Positions 1 through 10,354 of a DNA stretch of 64,000 nucleotides are shown piece by piece (position 1 is the first letter of the stretch; the number at the start of each line of letters is the position of its first letter). The position numbers were made by a program, and so were the translations under genes. Origin of the DNA: Rhodocyclaceae bacterium (GTDB lineage Bacteria; Pseudomonadota; Gammaproteobacteria; Burkholderiales; Rhodocyclaceae); the NCBI GenBank assembly GCA_024709955.1, contig JANJVS010000172.1:33314-97313 (forward strand), given 5' to 3'. The notes below the pieces were generated by a model, which was given only the letters and a program-made list of their open reading frames with translations, was not told where the DNA came from and ran no database searches.

Positions 1-1306
1 CTAGCTCGAACTGAAAACTGCCGGAGCCCACGGAATACTGCGAACCGGAAAAAGCGGTAGAGGTCATCCGCAAGGTCTTGCCGTTGTAAGTAGTACCGTT
101 TGGGGCCGTGATGATCAGATCCCCCGTATGGTCGGGATCCGCCGCCGCGGTGAAACCGCTGCTGCCGGCATTGATCGCCGTCACGATGGCATCGCGCACG
201 TTGTTGCGCCGTGTCGATGTCCCCGCATTGGTATTGCAGCCGGCCAGATCCTTCTTGCACAGGATCGAGTATGGCAGCAGCGCCGTGCCATCGAAGGCCG
301 TCAACTGGCTGATAGTGAAAGTCGAGTCGTCGGTGATCGACGTAACCTTGATGTGGATCTTGGCACCAGCCGCCTGCGAGCCACTAAGAATAATGGTGGG
401 ATAGCGTGGATATTTGTAGGTAGCGGTCTTGAGCGACTGGCAGGCTTCGGTGGCCGTCGCCTCGTTGTAATCGGTCGTGGCGGGGTCGTCGCTCAGTTCG
501 TCGACGTGTTTCAGGTATTTGTTGTTGCACCAGCGCAGTTTGGCCGCATACGGGCGCGCCAATGTTGGCGCGCTCTGCGTGGCGCAATCGGTCAGCTTTT
601 TGGTCGTGCAGTATTCGCCCGGCACCATCACGTAGTAATAGGGACCGACGTTGCGCGTCGTGGTCGTCGGCGCGCTCAGAGATCCCGTGGCGAAAGGCTT
701 TCCAGCTCCGCTCGCGGTGGTATTCCGCCGCGTCGTGTAGCTCTTGCCATTGACCATGCCCGGAAGAATGTAATTGTCGTTGCGCAGGCAATCCGTATAG
801 GACGTGCTGGTGCACCACTCGATATCGGGGTAGTCGGTGGTAATCGTCAAGGAACTTGAGCTTTGCACGCCGTAGCCATCCCAGGGAACCGCCGATGTTC
901 CGGAATAGGAGGTCTTGTTGGAGCCATCGTAGTTTTTCGGAACGGTATATGTGGTGGCCGGGTTGTAATAGATGTTGTTGAAGTCCGCATTGTGGAATGG
1001 CGGCAAACCACGCTGGCTGCCGTAGCTGCCATAGCAATCAAGCCCCCCCTGACCGTAGACCTTGCCGTCGTCGTCCTTGCAGTAAGTACTGTCATCCACC
1101 CAGTCCGGCAAATAATCCCAGTCCATGCTCCCCGAGTTGTCGAGGATGAAGAACATGTTCGGCTTGACGCTCGAAGTACCCGGGGTGATCAGCGGCTCGG
1201 TCGCCAAGTCGGTCTGGGCGGCCATCACGACCGGAATGCAGGCACCCAGGCTCGCGGCCATCATGCCTGCTGCTAACCATTGCCTTGCCTTGCTCATGAT
1301 GTTCAT
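1..1306 (-). CDS. pilY1: PilY1/PilC type IV pilus tip adhesin, N-terminal part (runs off the left edge)
   Basis: Absent from the ORF track because it has no stop in the window. Hand translation is open from ATG 1306 (RBS AAGGAG) to base 2: signal-like MNIMSKARQWLAAGMMAASLGACIPVVMA, vWA/MIDAS-like KPNMFFILDNSGSMDWDYLPD, FNNIYYNP, YYVMVPGEYCT. Directly follows pilX. Confidence 0.9.
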   Translation of the reverse strand, partial: MNIMSKARQWLAAGMMAASLGACIPVVMAAQTDLATEPLITPGTSSVKPNMFFILDNSGSMDWDYLPDWVDDSTYCKDDDGKVYGQGGLDCYGSYGSQRGLPPFHNADFNNIYYNPATTYTVPKNYDGSNKTSYSGTSAVPWDGYGVQSSSSLTITTDYPDIEWCTSTSYTDCLRNDNYILPGMVNGKSYTTRRNTTASGAGKPFATGSLSAPTTTTRNVGPYYYVMVPGEYCTTKKLTDCATQSAPTLARPYAAKLRWCNNKYLKHVDELSDDPATTDYNEATATEACQSLKTATYKYPRYPTIILSGSQAAGAKIHIKVTSITDDSTFTISQLTAFDGTALLPYSILCKKDLAGCNTNAGTSTRRNNVRDAIVTAINAGSSGFTAAADPDHTGDLIITAPNGTTYNGKTLRMTSTAFSGSQYSVGSGSFQFEL

Positions 1307-1342
1307 TGCCGACTCCTTGTCGTCGCGCGGCGAGTGGCGCGC

Positions 1343-1924
1343 TTACATCAGTACCGTGGTCTGGATGAAACTGACACTGTTCTTGGGCCCCGCCGTGCGG
1401 ACGGTAATGCGGTAATACACAGTGGTGGGACGGTTCAGCGCGATGAAGCCTGCCCCCTTGCTGCTGCCCGTCGTGGAGCTGGTGGGCGGCTCGACGCATT
1501 CGACCGGCGGCGGACCGGCGGAATAAGCCTGGCCGGTGAGGTTGCACAAACGCTGGATCAGATAGGACGCGGTATTTCCCGCTGCATCGGTCGGCAGGGT
1601 AACCGGGGCATACACTCCTTCCAGGGTGCTCCAGTACTGCGCCCAGGTCTGGGCGCTCGATTTCGGGTTGGCCAGCCCGGCGGCGACATAACCCGCTGCA
1701 TCGTTGTATAAGGTTGGTCCGGAGTTGGCCTGCAGCCAGGCGATCGCCGCCTCGGCGCCGGCATCTCCGGAGCGGGTGGCGTTCTTTTGCAGGGCCACAT
1801 TGCCCGACACCAGGATGCTGGTATCGACATTGCGAAAGAGCGCCAGTCCTCCCAGCATCAGGGCAACCAGCACGATGAGGGACAGGAACAGCACGACGCC
1901 TCGTTGCCGCTTGTGGTTCAGCAT
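1343..1924 (-). CDS. pilX: PilX-like minor pilin / pilus assembly protein
   Basis: MLNHKRQRG^VVLFLSLIVLVALML prepilin-like N-terminus lacking Glu5, as typical of PilX. ATG overlaps the pilW stop. C-terminal YYRITVRTAGPKNSVSFIQT. Confidence 0.85.
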   Translation of the reverse strand: MLNHKRQRGVVLFLSLIVLVALMLGGLALFRNVDTSILVSGNVALQKNATRSGDAGAEAAIAWLQANSGPTLYNDAAGYVAAGLANPKSSAQTWAQYWSTLEGVYAPVTLPTDAAGNTASYLIQRLCNLTGQAYSAGPPPVECVEPPTSSTTGSSKGAGFIALNRPTTVYYRITVRTAGPKNSVSFIQTTVLM

Positions 1925-3105
1925 GTCGATTGCGCTCCCAGCCAGATGATGTTGCGCAGGGCGACGGTCGAATACGCCACGCGGTAGCGGTAGTGGCGAT
2001 CGGGAACCGAATAGACCGGCCCAGTCGTCGTCGGCGAGATGACGGAATCGGGCCAGAGCGGAATGGTCGCCGGACTCACCTCTTCCTTCTCGTACTGTCC
2101 GCTGCGCATCACCAGGCCAACACGGATGGCGGGAATGCGCGCCCAGTCGCAAGCACGCTGCGCCTGGGCCAAGGCACGATTACCGCTTGCCGGCCAGCCA
2201 TTGTCCCCGCCCGGACAGACACCGCCGGGGGCCACGCGGGTCTTGCAAAAGAGGTCCGCCGTCATGTCGGCCGGGATCGAGGTATCCCAGCCATATTGGG
2301 CGATCAGGGCAACCACGTCGCTCACGACCGGCTGCCAGACGGAGGTGTCATCGACCAGTCCGGCAGCCGAACAGTCCGCCAGCATGAAGTCACATACCGT
2401 CAGAGCGCCATTGCGAACCGCGTAGGCCACCAGGCGCGGCATGACACCAAGATTGAACACATAGGCGTTTGTCGTATAGGCGACTCCCGCCGAATTCGCG
2501 ATCATGACCTCTTCGGTGGCCTGATTGACGGTGGCGACCTGTCCCATGCTGCAATTCACGCCGGTCTGCGCCAGCAACAAGGTATCTCCCATGCCGACAC
2601 CAAGCACGTTGGTGAGCCGATAGGGACTGGCAGAGTCGGCGCGCGTCAGCGGCGTCCCCTCCATCATGTTGATCGCGCGTGCATATGCGACCACGAGGAT
2701 GTCGGAATCCGCGTCTCCGGGCGGGATGCCCCAGACATTGTCGTCGCTGCTCGCCGCCGTTCCCGCCGGGATGATGGCCGCGGGCACCATCAGGCGGTCG
2801 TTGAGGTTGGACAACGGCGGATCGGTCGCCTGGATGGCGCAGCCCAGGACCTTCAGGTCCGCCAGGCCCATGCCGGCCTGCTGCAGATCGCGTTCGATGG
2901 CGAACAAGCCGACCAGCGCGTTGCTTTGCGTATCGGCGAGACTGCCCGTCGCGCGCCGCCCGGCTTCGGAAGTCGTGAATACCTGCATGATGGCAAGCGA
3001 GCCAAGCATGCCGATCACCAAGGCAACCAGCAGTTCGATCATGGTGAAGCCACGGTGCCCCCTCAAAGACTTCGTCGCAGAGGGTCTCGCACGGAATTTC
3101 ATCAT
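1918..3105 (-). CDS. pilW: PilW family minor pilin
   Basis: HRG^FTMIELLVALVIG class III signal; C-terminal YRYRVAYSTVALRN; GAGG RBS before ATG 3105. Confidence 0.85.
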   Translation of the reverse strand: MMKFRARPSATKSLRGHRGFTMIELLVALVIGMLGSLAIMQVFTTSEAGRRATGSLADTQSNALVGLFAIERDLQQAGMGLADLKVLGCAIQATDPPLSNLNDRLMVPAAIIPAGTAASSDDNVWGIPPGDADSDILVVAYARAINMMEGTPLTRADSASPYRLTNVLGVGMGDTLLLAQTGVNCSMGQVATVNQATEEVMIANSAGVAYTTNAYVFNLGVMPRLVAYAVRNGALTVCDFMLADCSAAGLVDDTSVWQPVVSDVVALIAQYGWDTSIPADMTADLFCKTRVAPGGVCPGGDNGWPASGNRALAQAQRACDWARIPAIRVGLVMRSGQYEKEEVSPATIPLWPDSVISPTTTGPVYSVPDRHYRYRVAYSTVALRNIIWLGAQSTC

Positions 3106-3119
3106 CGCGACCTCATCCA

Positions 3120-3539
3120 TCAATTGGTCACCGTCGCCACGGTGATGTACTGGTGGCGCCCCGCCTCGCCCGGTGCCTGCCAGTAAATCGAGATCGTGAC
3201 GTTGTTGTTGGCGTCGATTTCCACGGTCGGCTGGTTGGCGGCCTGGTCGGCGCCGGGAAGCCCCGAGCCGGAAGCGGAAATCGCGTCATACCACTCGTCG
3301 TACTTCGGGCCGCCGGTCGCGTAGTTCGCCACCAGGTCGGCATTGTTCCGCTTGTCCGCCCACATTTGATTGATGAGCTGATCGGCGTACATGGTGGCCT
3401 CGGCGCGGTATTTCGAGTCGGCGGTCACTTTCATCGCCGTGGCCTGCATGCCGATGAGTCCAAGCACGCCGATGGCAAAAATCAGCAGGCCGATCAGGGT
3501 CTCCAACAGCATGATGCCGGCTTGTCCGCGCTTTTTCAT
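3120..3539 (-). CDS. pilV: PilV family minor pilin
   Basis: QAG^IMLLETLIGLLIFAIGVLGLIGMQ, and position between fimT and pilW. Confidence 0.85.
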   Translation of the reverse strand: MKKRGQAGIMLLETLIGLLIFAIGVLGLIGMQATAMKVTADSKYRAEATMYADQLINQMWADKRNNADLVANYATGGPKYDEWYDAISASGSGLPGADQAANQPTVEIDANNNVTISIYWQAPGEAGRHQYITVATVTN

Positions 3540-3540
3540 G

Positions 3541-4077
3541 TCAACAGGCCTGTGGATCGGGGTCCGAGCGCTGCGGGTCGCATAGGCGCGCCTGCCCCCC
3601 GGGCTCGATGGTTACCGAAAGACAACGGATATTGCCCGCCGGCTGGCATTCGCCCACGTCGGGATTCGTGAAGGAGAAGGTCAGTACCCCACCCGCGGGG
3701 ATAAGCCGTTGCCCAAGGTTGTTGAACGTAACAGTCGTACCGAGATCCGACTGCACGTTGACCGTACCGCCCTCGCTCGCCGGCTTCGCCTGCAAAACGC
3801 TGGCATCTTCGACCAGCAGAACCGACCAGCCGCCCCCATCCTCGGCATCGAGATGGAAACTGACGGGTTGATTCCGGCGCACGGCTTCGGTACGCGCCAT
3901 CTGCACGCCGGACAGCAGGCTTTCCGACACGGCCCGCACCCGCATGCTGGCCATGATGCCAGTGAAGGCAGGCAGACCGACGAGGACGATGAGCATCAGC
4001 AGGACAATCGCCACCATCAGTTCTATGAGAGAAAAACCGGCTCCTTCCCGCCTTTTCCGCCGAACGGAAAAACGCAT
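3541..4077 (-). CDS. fimT: GspH/FimT family pseudopilin
   Basis: GAG^FSLIELMVAIVLL followed by ARTEAVRRNQPV, a FimT/GspH signature. Start could also be ATG 4083. Confidence 0.85.
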   Translation of the reverse strand: MRFSVRRKRREGAGFSLIELMVAIVLLMLIVLVGLPAFTGIMASMRVRAVSESLLSGVQMARTEAVRRNQPVSFHLDAEDGGGWSVLLVEDASVLQAKPASEGGTVNVQSDLGTTVTFNNLGQRLIPAGGVLTFSFTNPDVGECQPAGNIRCLSVTIEPGGQARLCDPQRSDPDPQAC

Positions 4078-4112
4078 CGTCATCACCGAGAGAAGGCGGG
4101 AAAGGCGGAACA

Positions 4113-4538
4113 TCAGCAACTCTCGCCTTTCTTCGTGATCCAGCAGGTAGCGCTGGTGTTGTACCCGGCGGGCGCGGAGGTGGTGGCACGGGTGTTCGCC
4201 TCATCGATGGTGTATGCGAAACCACCCGTGCCCTCCGCTGCCACTCCGGTCGCCGTGACCTTGTAAGTCGAAGCTCCCAACGCGCAGCTATATGTGAAAT
4301 ATTTTCCTGTCGGCAAAGGAGCCGCGGTGCCAGCCACGCAGGCACCGGCATAAGTACGGTTGTCGAGGAAATGCTGTTCCAGCTTGGCGCGCATCGACGA
4401 AAGCTCGCCGAACGCCTCCGCGACACGACCACGCATCACGTAGTCGTTGTACGCCGGCAAGGCCACGCTTGCCAGAATGCCGATGATCGCGATGACGATC
4501 ATCATCTCCATCAGGGTGAAGCCCCGGTTCCGATTCAT
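4113..4538 (-). CDS. pilE: PilE-type type IV minor pilin
   Basis: MNRNRG^[32 protein letters not shown]; AGGAG RBS; C-terminal Cys residues. Confidence 0.9.
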   Translation of the reverse strand: MNRNRGFTLMEMMIVIAIIGILASVALPAYNDYVMRGRVAEAFGELSSMRAKLEQHFLDNRTYAGACVAGTAAPLPTGKYFTYSCALGASTYKVTATGVAAEGTGGFAYTIDEANTRATTSAPAGYNTSATCWITKKGESC

Positions 4539-4639
4539 GAGTCCGCTCCTTGATTGCACGTAGGCGAACTCTAGTCGATCGGATCGTCCCGTCCCGGGGC
4601 GATCCGATGAGCGGCATCGGGCTGCCGCCGAGCGGTCGG

Positions 4640-5569
4640 TCAGTCCTGGCGGGTCAGCGCCGGAGGCAGGGGGAAGCTCACGCCTTCCTCGTCGCGCACG
4701 GTTTCCGGCATGCCGCCACCGGTGATCGATGCGATCGCCCGCACCACCTCGACGACCAGGGACTCCGGGGCCGAGGCACCCGCGCTGACGCCGACCGAGC
4801 GGCCGTCGGCGAACCAGGCCGGGTCGATTTCGCCGGCGCGGTCCACGAGGTATGCCCGTGCCCCGGTCTGCTCGGCCACCTCGCGCAGGCGGTTGGAGTT
4901 CGAGCTGTTCTTCGAGCCGACCACCACGATCACCTCGCAACGGCCGGCAAGCTGCTTGATCGCGTCCTGGCGGTTCTGGGTGGCATAGCAGATATCGTCC
5001 TTTTTCGGGCCGACGATGGCCGGGAAGCGCTGTTTCAGCGCCGCGACGATGGTCGAGGCGTCATCCACGGATAGGGTCGTCTGGGTCACGTAGGCGAGCT
5101 TCTCCGGATCGCGCACCTGGAGCGCGACGACATCCGCGGCATTCTCGACCAGATACATGCCGCAATCGCTCTGCCCCATGGTGCCCTCGACCTCGGGATG
5201 CCCCTTGTGGCCGATCATGACGATCTCGCGCCCCTGCTTGCAGTGGCGCTCGACTTCCAGATGCACCTTGGTCACCAGCGGGCAGGTGGCGTCGAATACC
5301 TTGAGGCCGCGACGGTCGGCTTCCGCGCGCACCGCCCTGGAAACACCGTGGGCGCTGAAGATGACGGTGGCGCCGTCGGGTACCTCGTCGAGCTCCTCGA
5401 CGAAGACCGCGCCCTTGGCCTTGAGGCTATCCACCACGAAGCGGTTGTGCACCACCTCGTGGCGCACGTAGATCGGCGCGCCGAACAGCTCCAACGCGCG
5501 TTCGACGATGGCGATCGCCCGCTCGACGCCGGCACAGAAGCCGCGGGGATTGGCGAGCAGGATGTCCAT
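4640..5569 (-). CDS. ispH: 4-hydroxy-3-methylbut-2-enyl diphosphate reductase
   Basis: [37 protein letters not shown] motifs. Confidence 0.98.
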   Translation of the reverse strand: MDILLANPRGFCAGVERAIAIVERALELFGAPIYVRHEVVHNRFVVDSLKAKGAVFVEELDEVPDGATVIFSAHGVSRAVRAEADRRGLKVFDATCPLVTKVHLEVERHCKQGREIVMIGHKGHPEVEGTMGQSDCGMYLVENAADVVALQVRDPEKLAYVTQTTLSVDDASTIVAALKQRFPAIVGPKKDDICYATQNRQDAIKQLAGRCEVIVVVGSKNSSNSNRLREVAEQTGARAYLVDRAGEIDPAWFADGRSVGVSAGASAPESLVVEVVRAIASITGGGMPETVRDEEGVSFPLPPALTRQD

Positions 5570-5579
5570 CAGTAGTCTC

Positions 5580-5655
5580 TCCCCGTAATCGCCGCCCTGC
5601 GGCTATCTCCCGTCAAGGGGCGATGAAGCACTCGGGACGGCCCTTCGTGTTTCAT
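5580..5655 (+). repeat. Intergenic palindromic repeat, copy 1 (arm-TCGGGACGGCCCTTC-arm)
   Basis: ATGAAGCAC / GTGTTTCAT arms flank a 15-nt core shared with 44306-44389 and 48523-48603; preceded by a CTCCC..GGGG hairpin. Confidence 0.65.
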
Positions 5656-6086
5656 AGGATACCGATCACTTCCACCTCGAAGCGGATCGACTTGCCCGCC
5701 AGCGGGTGGTTGAAATCGACCAGCGCGGAAGTATCGTCCAACTCGCGCACCAGGCCGGCGAACTTCGCGCCGTTGGGCGCCTCGAACTCGACGAGCGTCA
5801 GCGGCTCGATGCCCTCGCCGCCCTTGGGCAGTTCGCTCTTCGGCAGGCGCTTCACCAGTTCCGGATTGTGCGGGCCGAAGGCCTGCTGCGGTTCGAGCAG
5901 GAAGACGTGGCGCTCGCCGACCGGCAGGTCTTCGAGGCAGGCTTCCAGCGTCGGCGCCAGTTCGCCGCTGCCGAGTTGCAGGGTGGCCGGCGTGGCGCCG
6001 AAGGTGGCGACGACCTCGGTGTCGTCGGCGGTGGCGACACGGTAGTGCAGGGTGACGAGGCTGTCGAGCTTGACGCGATCGGTCAT
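5652..6086 (-). CDS. fkpB: FKBP-type peptidyl-prolyl isomerase (SlpA/FkpB)
   Basis: [15 protein letters not shown] motifs; conserved lspA-fkpB-ispH order. Confidence 0.95.
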   Translation of the reverse strand: MTDRVKLDSLVTLHYRVATADDTEVVATFGATPATLQLGSGELAPTLEACLEDLPVGERHVFLLEPQQAFGPHNPELVKRLPKSELPKGGEGIEPLTLVEFEAPNGAKFAGLVRELDDTSALVDFNHPLAGKSIRFEVEVIGIL

Positions 6087-6571
6087 GGCGAGGGTCCTTC
6101 CTTGTGGGTCAGCTGCTGCCAGAGCAGCAAGGCCACGCCGACGGTGATGGCCGAATCGGCGACGTTGAAGGCCGGCCAGTGCCAGCCGGCGAGATGAAAG
6201 TCGAGAAAATCGACCACCGCGCCGAAGCGCAGCCGGTCGATGACGTTGCCGAGGGCGCCGCCGAGCACCAACGCCAGCGCAGCGGGCAACAGGCGTTCCG
6301 TCGCATGGTGGCGGATCATGACGACCAGCCAGGCGGAGATCGCCAACGCCAGGCAGACGAAGAACCACTTCTGCCAGCCGCCGGCGCCGGCGAGGAAGCT
6401 GAAGGCGGCGCCGCTGTTGAACACCAGCACGAGGTTGAAGAAGCCGGTCACCGGCAAGGTTTCGCCGAGGAAGAAACGCGACAGCACCAGCAGCTTCGTC
6501 ACCTGGTCGAGGCCGACGACCAGCGCGGCGAGGCCGAACCAGATTTCCGGCCGGGGCAGCAGCTTAGGCAA
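6083..6571 (-). CDS. lspA: Lipoprotein signal peptidase II
   Basis: [32 protein letters not shown]. Probable TTG start overlapping the ileS stop. Confidence 0.96.
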   Translation of the reverse strand: MPKLLPRPEIWFGLAALVVGLDQVTKLLVLSRFFLGETLPVTGFFNLVLVFNSGAAFSFLAGAGGWQKWFFVCLALAISAWLVVMIRHHATERLLPAALALVLGGALGNVIDRLRFGAVVDFLDFHLAGWHWPAFNVADSAITVGVALLLWQQLTHKEGPSP

Positions 6572-9362
6572 ACGCGCGCGCCTCGCCCGTGCCGAACAGG
6601 TTGCTGGCGCAGCGGCCGCAGAGCTCGGGATGTTCGGCGGCATGCTCGTGCTGGCCGACGTCCGCGCGCCAATGCCAACAGCGCGCGCACTTCTTTTGCT
6701 GGCTGGGCGTCACGGTCACCACCGTCTCGCCAGCGCCGAGTTTTCCGAGCGTGACCTTCGAGCAGATCAGCACAAACTTGAGGTCGTCACCGAGCGAGGC
6801 CAACAGGTCGTGGGTCTCGCCGGCCGCCTGGATTTCCACCTCGGCCTGCAGCGAGGAGCCGATGCCGCCGGCGCTGCGCACTTCCTCGATCTTCTTCAGC
6901 ACCTCGGCGCGCAGCGCGCGCAACGCCTGCCACCGTGCCGTCAGCGCCGACTTTTCGGCCACGCTCGGCAGCGTGTGCCAGGTGCTCAGCATCACGCTGG
7001 GCTGGCCCTGCACCGCCATGATCTCCTCGGCGGTGAAGGAGAGGATCGGCGCCATCAGGCGCGTGATCGACTGCACGATGTGCCAGAGCGCGCTCTGCGC
7101 CGAGCGGCGCGCCCGCGCGTCGGTGGCGCTGGTGTAGAGGCGGTCCTTGAGGATGTCGAGGTAGAAGGCGCCGAGATCCTCGGCGCAGAAGTTCTGCAGC
7201 GCCTGCACGACCTTGTGGAACTCGTAGCGCTCGTAGGCGGCAAGACAAGTCTCCTGCAGGTCCTGCGTCAGGGCCAACGCATAGCGGTCGATCTCCAGCC
7301 ATTGCTCGACCGGCAGCATTTGCGTCCCGGCATCGAAGTCCGCCGTGTTGGCGAGCAGGAACTTGAGGGTGTTGCGCAGGCGGCGATAGACCTCGACGAC
7401 GCGGTCGAGGATTTCCTTCGAGATGGTCAGCTCGCCCGAGTAGTCGGTGGAAGCCGTCCACAGGCGCAGGATCTCGGCACCGAGCGTGTCGGACACCTGC
7501 TGCGGCGCGACGACGTTGCCCTTCGACTTCGACATCTTCATGCCCTTGCCGTCGACGACGAAGCCGTGGGTCAGCAAGCCCTTGTAGGGCGCGCGGCCGT
7601 CGATGGCGCAGCCGGTGAGCAGCGAGGAATGGAACCAGCCGCGATGCTGGTCCGAGCCTTCGAGGTAGAGATCGGCCGGATAGCCGCAGTCGGCTTCATG
7701 AGAGCCGCGCATCACGCTCCAGTGCGTCGCGCCGGAGTCGAACCAGACGTCGAGGGTGTCGCTCATCTTGTCGTAGTGGGCCGCCTCGTCGCCGAGCAGT
7801 TCCTTGGCATCGAGCGCGAACCAGGCCTCGATGCCACCCTGCGCCACGCGCTTGGCGACCTCCTCCAGCAACTCCAGCGTACGCGGATGCGGCTCGCCGC
7901 TTTCCTTGTGCAGGAAGAAGGGAATCGGCACACCCCAGTTGCGCTGGCGCGAGACGCACCAGTCGGGCCGGTTGGCGATCATCGCGTGCAGCCGCGCCTT
8001 GCCCCAGGAGGGGAAGAACTCGGTCGCCTCGATGGCGGCGAGCGCCGCGCTGCGCAGGGTTTCGCCTTTCTTCGGTTGCCGGTCCATGCCGACGAACCAT
8101 TGCGTCGTGGCGCGGTAGATGATCGGCGTCTTGTGGCGCCAGCAGTGCATGTAGCTGTGGGTGATCTCGGCGCTGTTCATCAGGCAGCCGACCTCGGCGA
8201 GCTTGGCGACGATCTCGGGATTGGCCTTCCAGACGTTCATGCCGCCGAAGAAGGGCAGGCTCTCGGCGAAGCGGCCGTCGCCCTGCACGGGCGTGAGGAT
8301 CTCGTCGTTGGTCATGCCGGCGCGCTTGCAGGAATCGTAGTCCTCCAGGCCGTAGGCCGGCGCGCTATGGACGATGCCGGTGCCGGTGTCGAGGGTCACG
8401 TATTCGCCGAGGAAGACCGGCGACGCGCGGTCGTAGAACGGGTGGCGGAAAGCCATGCGGTCCAGCGCGATGCCACGGCAGGCGCCGAGCACCTTGCCTT
8501 CCAGCTTGTAGCGTTCGAGCGCGGAGGCGCGCAACTCGGCGGCAAGGATCAGCAGGCCTTTGGGCGTGTCGACCAGCTCGTAAACGAATTCGGGATGGAC
8601 GTTGAGCGCCTGGTTGCCGGGCAGGGTCCAGGGCGTCGTCGTCCAGATCACGGCATAGGCCGTCTTTTCCGGCAGGGCGGCGACATTGAAGGCGCCCGCG
8701 AGGCGGCCGCGCTCGGCGGCATCGAGCGGGAAGGCGACGTCGATGGCCGGGCTCTTCTTGTCGGCGTACTCGACCTCCGCCTCGGCCAGCGCCGAGCCGC
8801 AGTCGAAGCACCAGTTCACCGGCTTGAGGCCCTTGAACAAGTAACCGCGGCGGTACATCTCGCCGAGGGCGCGGATCTCGTCGGCCTCGGTGCGGAACTC
8901 CATCGTCCGGTAGGGACGGTCCCAGTCGCCGAGCACGCCGAGGCGGATGAAGTCCTTCATCTGCCGCTCGACCTGCTCCTGGGCATAGCCGCGGCAGAGC
9001 GCGCGCGCCTTGTTGCCTTCGAGGTGCTTGCCGTGGGTCTTCTCGATCTGGTGCTCGATCGGCAGGCCGTGGCAGTCCCAGCCCGGGATGTAGGGCGCAT
9101 CGAAGCCGGCGAGCGTCTTGGCGCGGACGATGATGTCCTTGAGGATCTTGTTCACCGCATGGCCGATGTGGATGTCGCCGTTGGCATAGGGCGGACCGTC
9201 GTGCAGCACGAAGCGCGGACGGCCCTGGCAGGCCGCGCGGATCTGCTGGTAGAGCTGCTTCTCCTGCCAGTCCTTGACCCAGCCCGGTTCGCGCTTGGCG
9301 AGGTCGCCGCGCATCGGGAAGGAGGTGTCCGGCATGTTCAGTGTCTTGCGGTAATCGGCCAT
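6564..9362 (-). CDS. ileS: Isoleucine--tRNA ligase (type 1)
   Basis: [31 protein letters not shown]-terminal CARCWH..CGRC zinc site. Confidence 0.99.
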   Translation of the reverse strand: MADYRKTLNMPDTSFPMRGDLAKREPGWVKDWQEKQLYQQIRAACQGRPRFVLHDGPPYANGDIHIGHAVNKILKDIIVRAKTLAGFDAPYIPGWDCHGLPIEHQIEKTHGKHLEGNKARALCRGYAQEQVERQMKDFIRLGVLGDWDRPYRTMEFRTEADEIRALGEMYRRGYLFKGLKPVNWCFDCGSALAEAEVEYADKKSPAIDVAFPLDAAERGRLAGAFNVAALPEKTAYAVIWTTTPWTLPGNQALNVHPEFVYELVDTPKGLLILAAELRASALERYKLEGKVLGACRGIALDRMAFRHPFYDRASPVFLGEYVTLDTGTGIVHSAPAYGLEDYDSCKRAGMTNDEILTPVQGDGRFAESLPFFGGMNVWKANPEIVAKLAEVGCLMNSAEITHSYMHCWRHKTPIIYRATTQWFVGMDRQPKKGETLRSAALAAIEATEFFPSWGKARLHAMIANRPDWCVSRQRNWGVPIPFFLHKESGEPHPRTLELLEEVAKRVAQGGIEAWFALDAKELLGDEAAHYDKMSDTLDVWFDSGATHWSVMRGSHEADCGYPADLYLEGSDQHRGWFHSSLLTGCAIDGRAPYKGLLTHGFVVDGKGMKMSKSKGNVVAPQQVSDTLGAEILRLWTASTDYSGELTISKEILDRVVEVYRRLRNTLKFLLANTADFDAGTQMLPVEQWLEIDRYALALTQDLQETCLAAYERYEFHKVVQALQNFCAEDLGAFYLDILKDRLYTSATDARARRSAQSALWHIVQSITRLMAPILSFTAEEIMAVQGQPSVMLSTWHTLPSVAEKSALTARWQALRALRAEVLKKIEEVRSAGGIGSSLQAEVEIQAAGETHDLLASLGDDLKFVLICSKVTLGKLGAGETVVTVTPSQQKKCARCWHWRADVGQHEHAAEHPELCGRCASNLFGTGEARAFA

Positions 9363-9366
9363 GGTC

Positions 9367-10302
9367 TTAACCTAGTTGCTTGCCTGCAAAGTAATCCTGG
9401 GTGCACTGCACGTCGCGGGCGATCTGCGCGGTGAGCGCCTCGAATGAATCGTACCTGGCCTCGTCGCGCAGCTTGTGCAGCAGATGCACGGTGACGTGCG
9501 AGCCGTAGATCTCGCGGTCGAAGTCGAACAGATGCACTTCCAGCACCGGCCGCAGGCCGGCGCCGAGCGTCGGCCGCACGCCGAGACTGGCGGCGCCCGG
9601 CAGGAAGCGCTTGTCGATGCCGGACACGGTCGCGGCGAACACGCCGGTCAGCGCGACGCGCTTGCGCTTGAGCTGGATGTTGGCGGTGGGAAAGCCGAGC
9701 TTGCGGCCGATCTTGTCGCCATGCACCACGCGCCCGGCGATGCTGTAAGGCCGGCCGAGCAGGCGCGCCGCATGCTCGAGATCGCCGGCACCGAGCGCGT
9801 CGCGCACGGCGGAACTGGAGACGCGCTCGCCATTGATCTCGATGGTGTGCATCGCCTCGACGCCGAAGCCGTGCCGCTGGCCGGCGGATTGCAACATGGC
9901 GAAATCGCCCGCGCGGCCCTTGCCGAAGCGGAAGTCGTCGCCGATGATCAGATGGCGCACGCCGAGGCCATGCACCAGCACGCGCTCGATGAAGTCCTCC
10001 GCCGTCAGACCGGCGAGCTTGCGGCTGAAATGCAGCAGATAGACTTCCTCGATGCCGCAGCTTTCGAGCAGCGCCAGCTTCTCGCGCAGGCTGGTCAGGC
10101 GCGCCGGGGCCTGCTCCGGCGTGAACAGCTCGCGCGGATGCGGCTCGAAGGTCATCACCGCCGGCGGCAGGCCATGCTGGCGACCGGTGGCGGTCAGGCG
10201 TTCGAGCAGGGCACGGTGCCCCAGATGCAGGCCGTCGAAATTGCCGATGGCCAGCACGCGGGAGGACGTCGCCTGCGCCGGGAAGCTGCGGTGAAGCTGC
10301 AT
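9367..10302 (-). CDS. ribF: Bifunctional riboflavin kinase/FAD synthetase
   Basis: [25 protein letters not shown]. Confidence 0.98.
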   Translation of the reverse strand: MQLHRSFPAQATSSRVLAIGNFDGLHLGHRALLERLTATGRQHGLPPAVMTFEPHPRELFTPEQAPARLTSLREKLALLESCGIEEVYLLHFSRKLAGLTAEDFIERVLVHGLGVRHLIIGDDFRFGKGRAGDFAMLQSAGQRHGFGVEAMHTIEINGERVSSSAVRDALGAGDLEHAARLLGRPYSIAGRVVHGDKIGRKLGFPTANIQLKRKRVALTGVFAATVSGIDKRFLPGAASLGVRPTLGAGLRPVLEVHLFDFDREIYGSHVTVHLLHKLRDEARYDSFEALTAQIARDVQCTQDYFAGKQLG

Positions 10303-10354
10303 CGATGCGAGGGTTCGGGCGGTTTTACGGAACCGCGAATTGTATCAGCCCGAT

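Noticed and set aside
384-1547. Fragmented minus-strand ORFs suggesting a frameshifted pilY1
   Set aside because: Hand translation shows one open frame from 1306 to the window edge; the listed ORFs are alternative frames.
4578-4632. Two hairpins between ispH and pilE
   Set aside because: No U-tract and no match to the repeat family; insufficient support for a call.
6240-9434. 1064-aa plus-strand ORF
   Set aside because: Antisense shadow of ileS/lspA; long stop-free reverse frames are expected with GC-biased codon usage, and it has no motifs.
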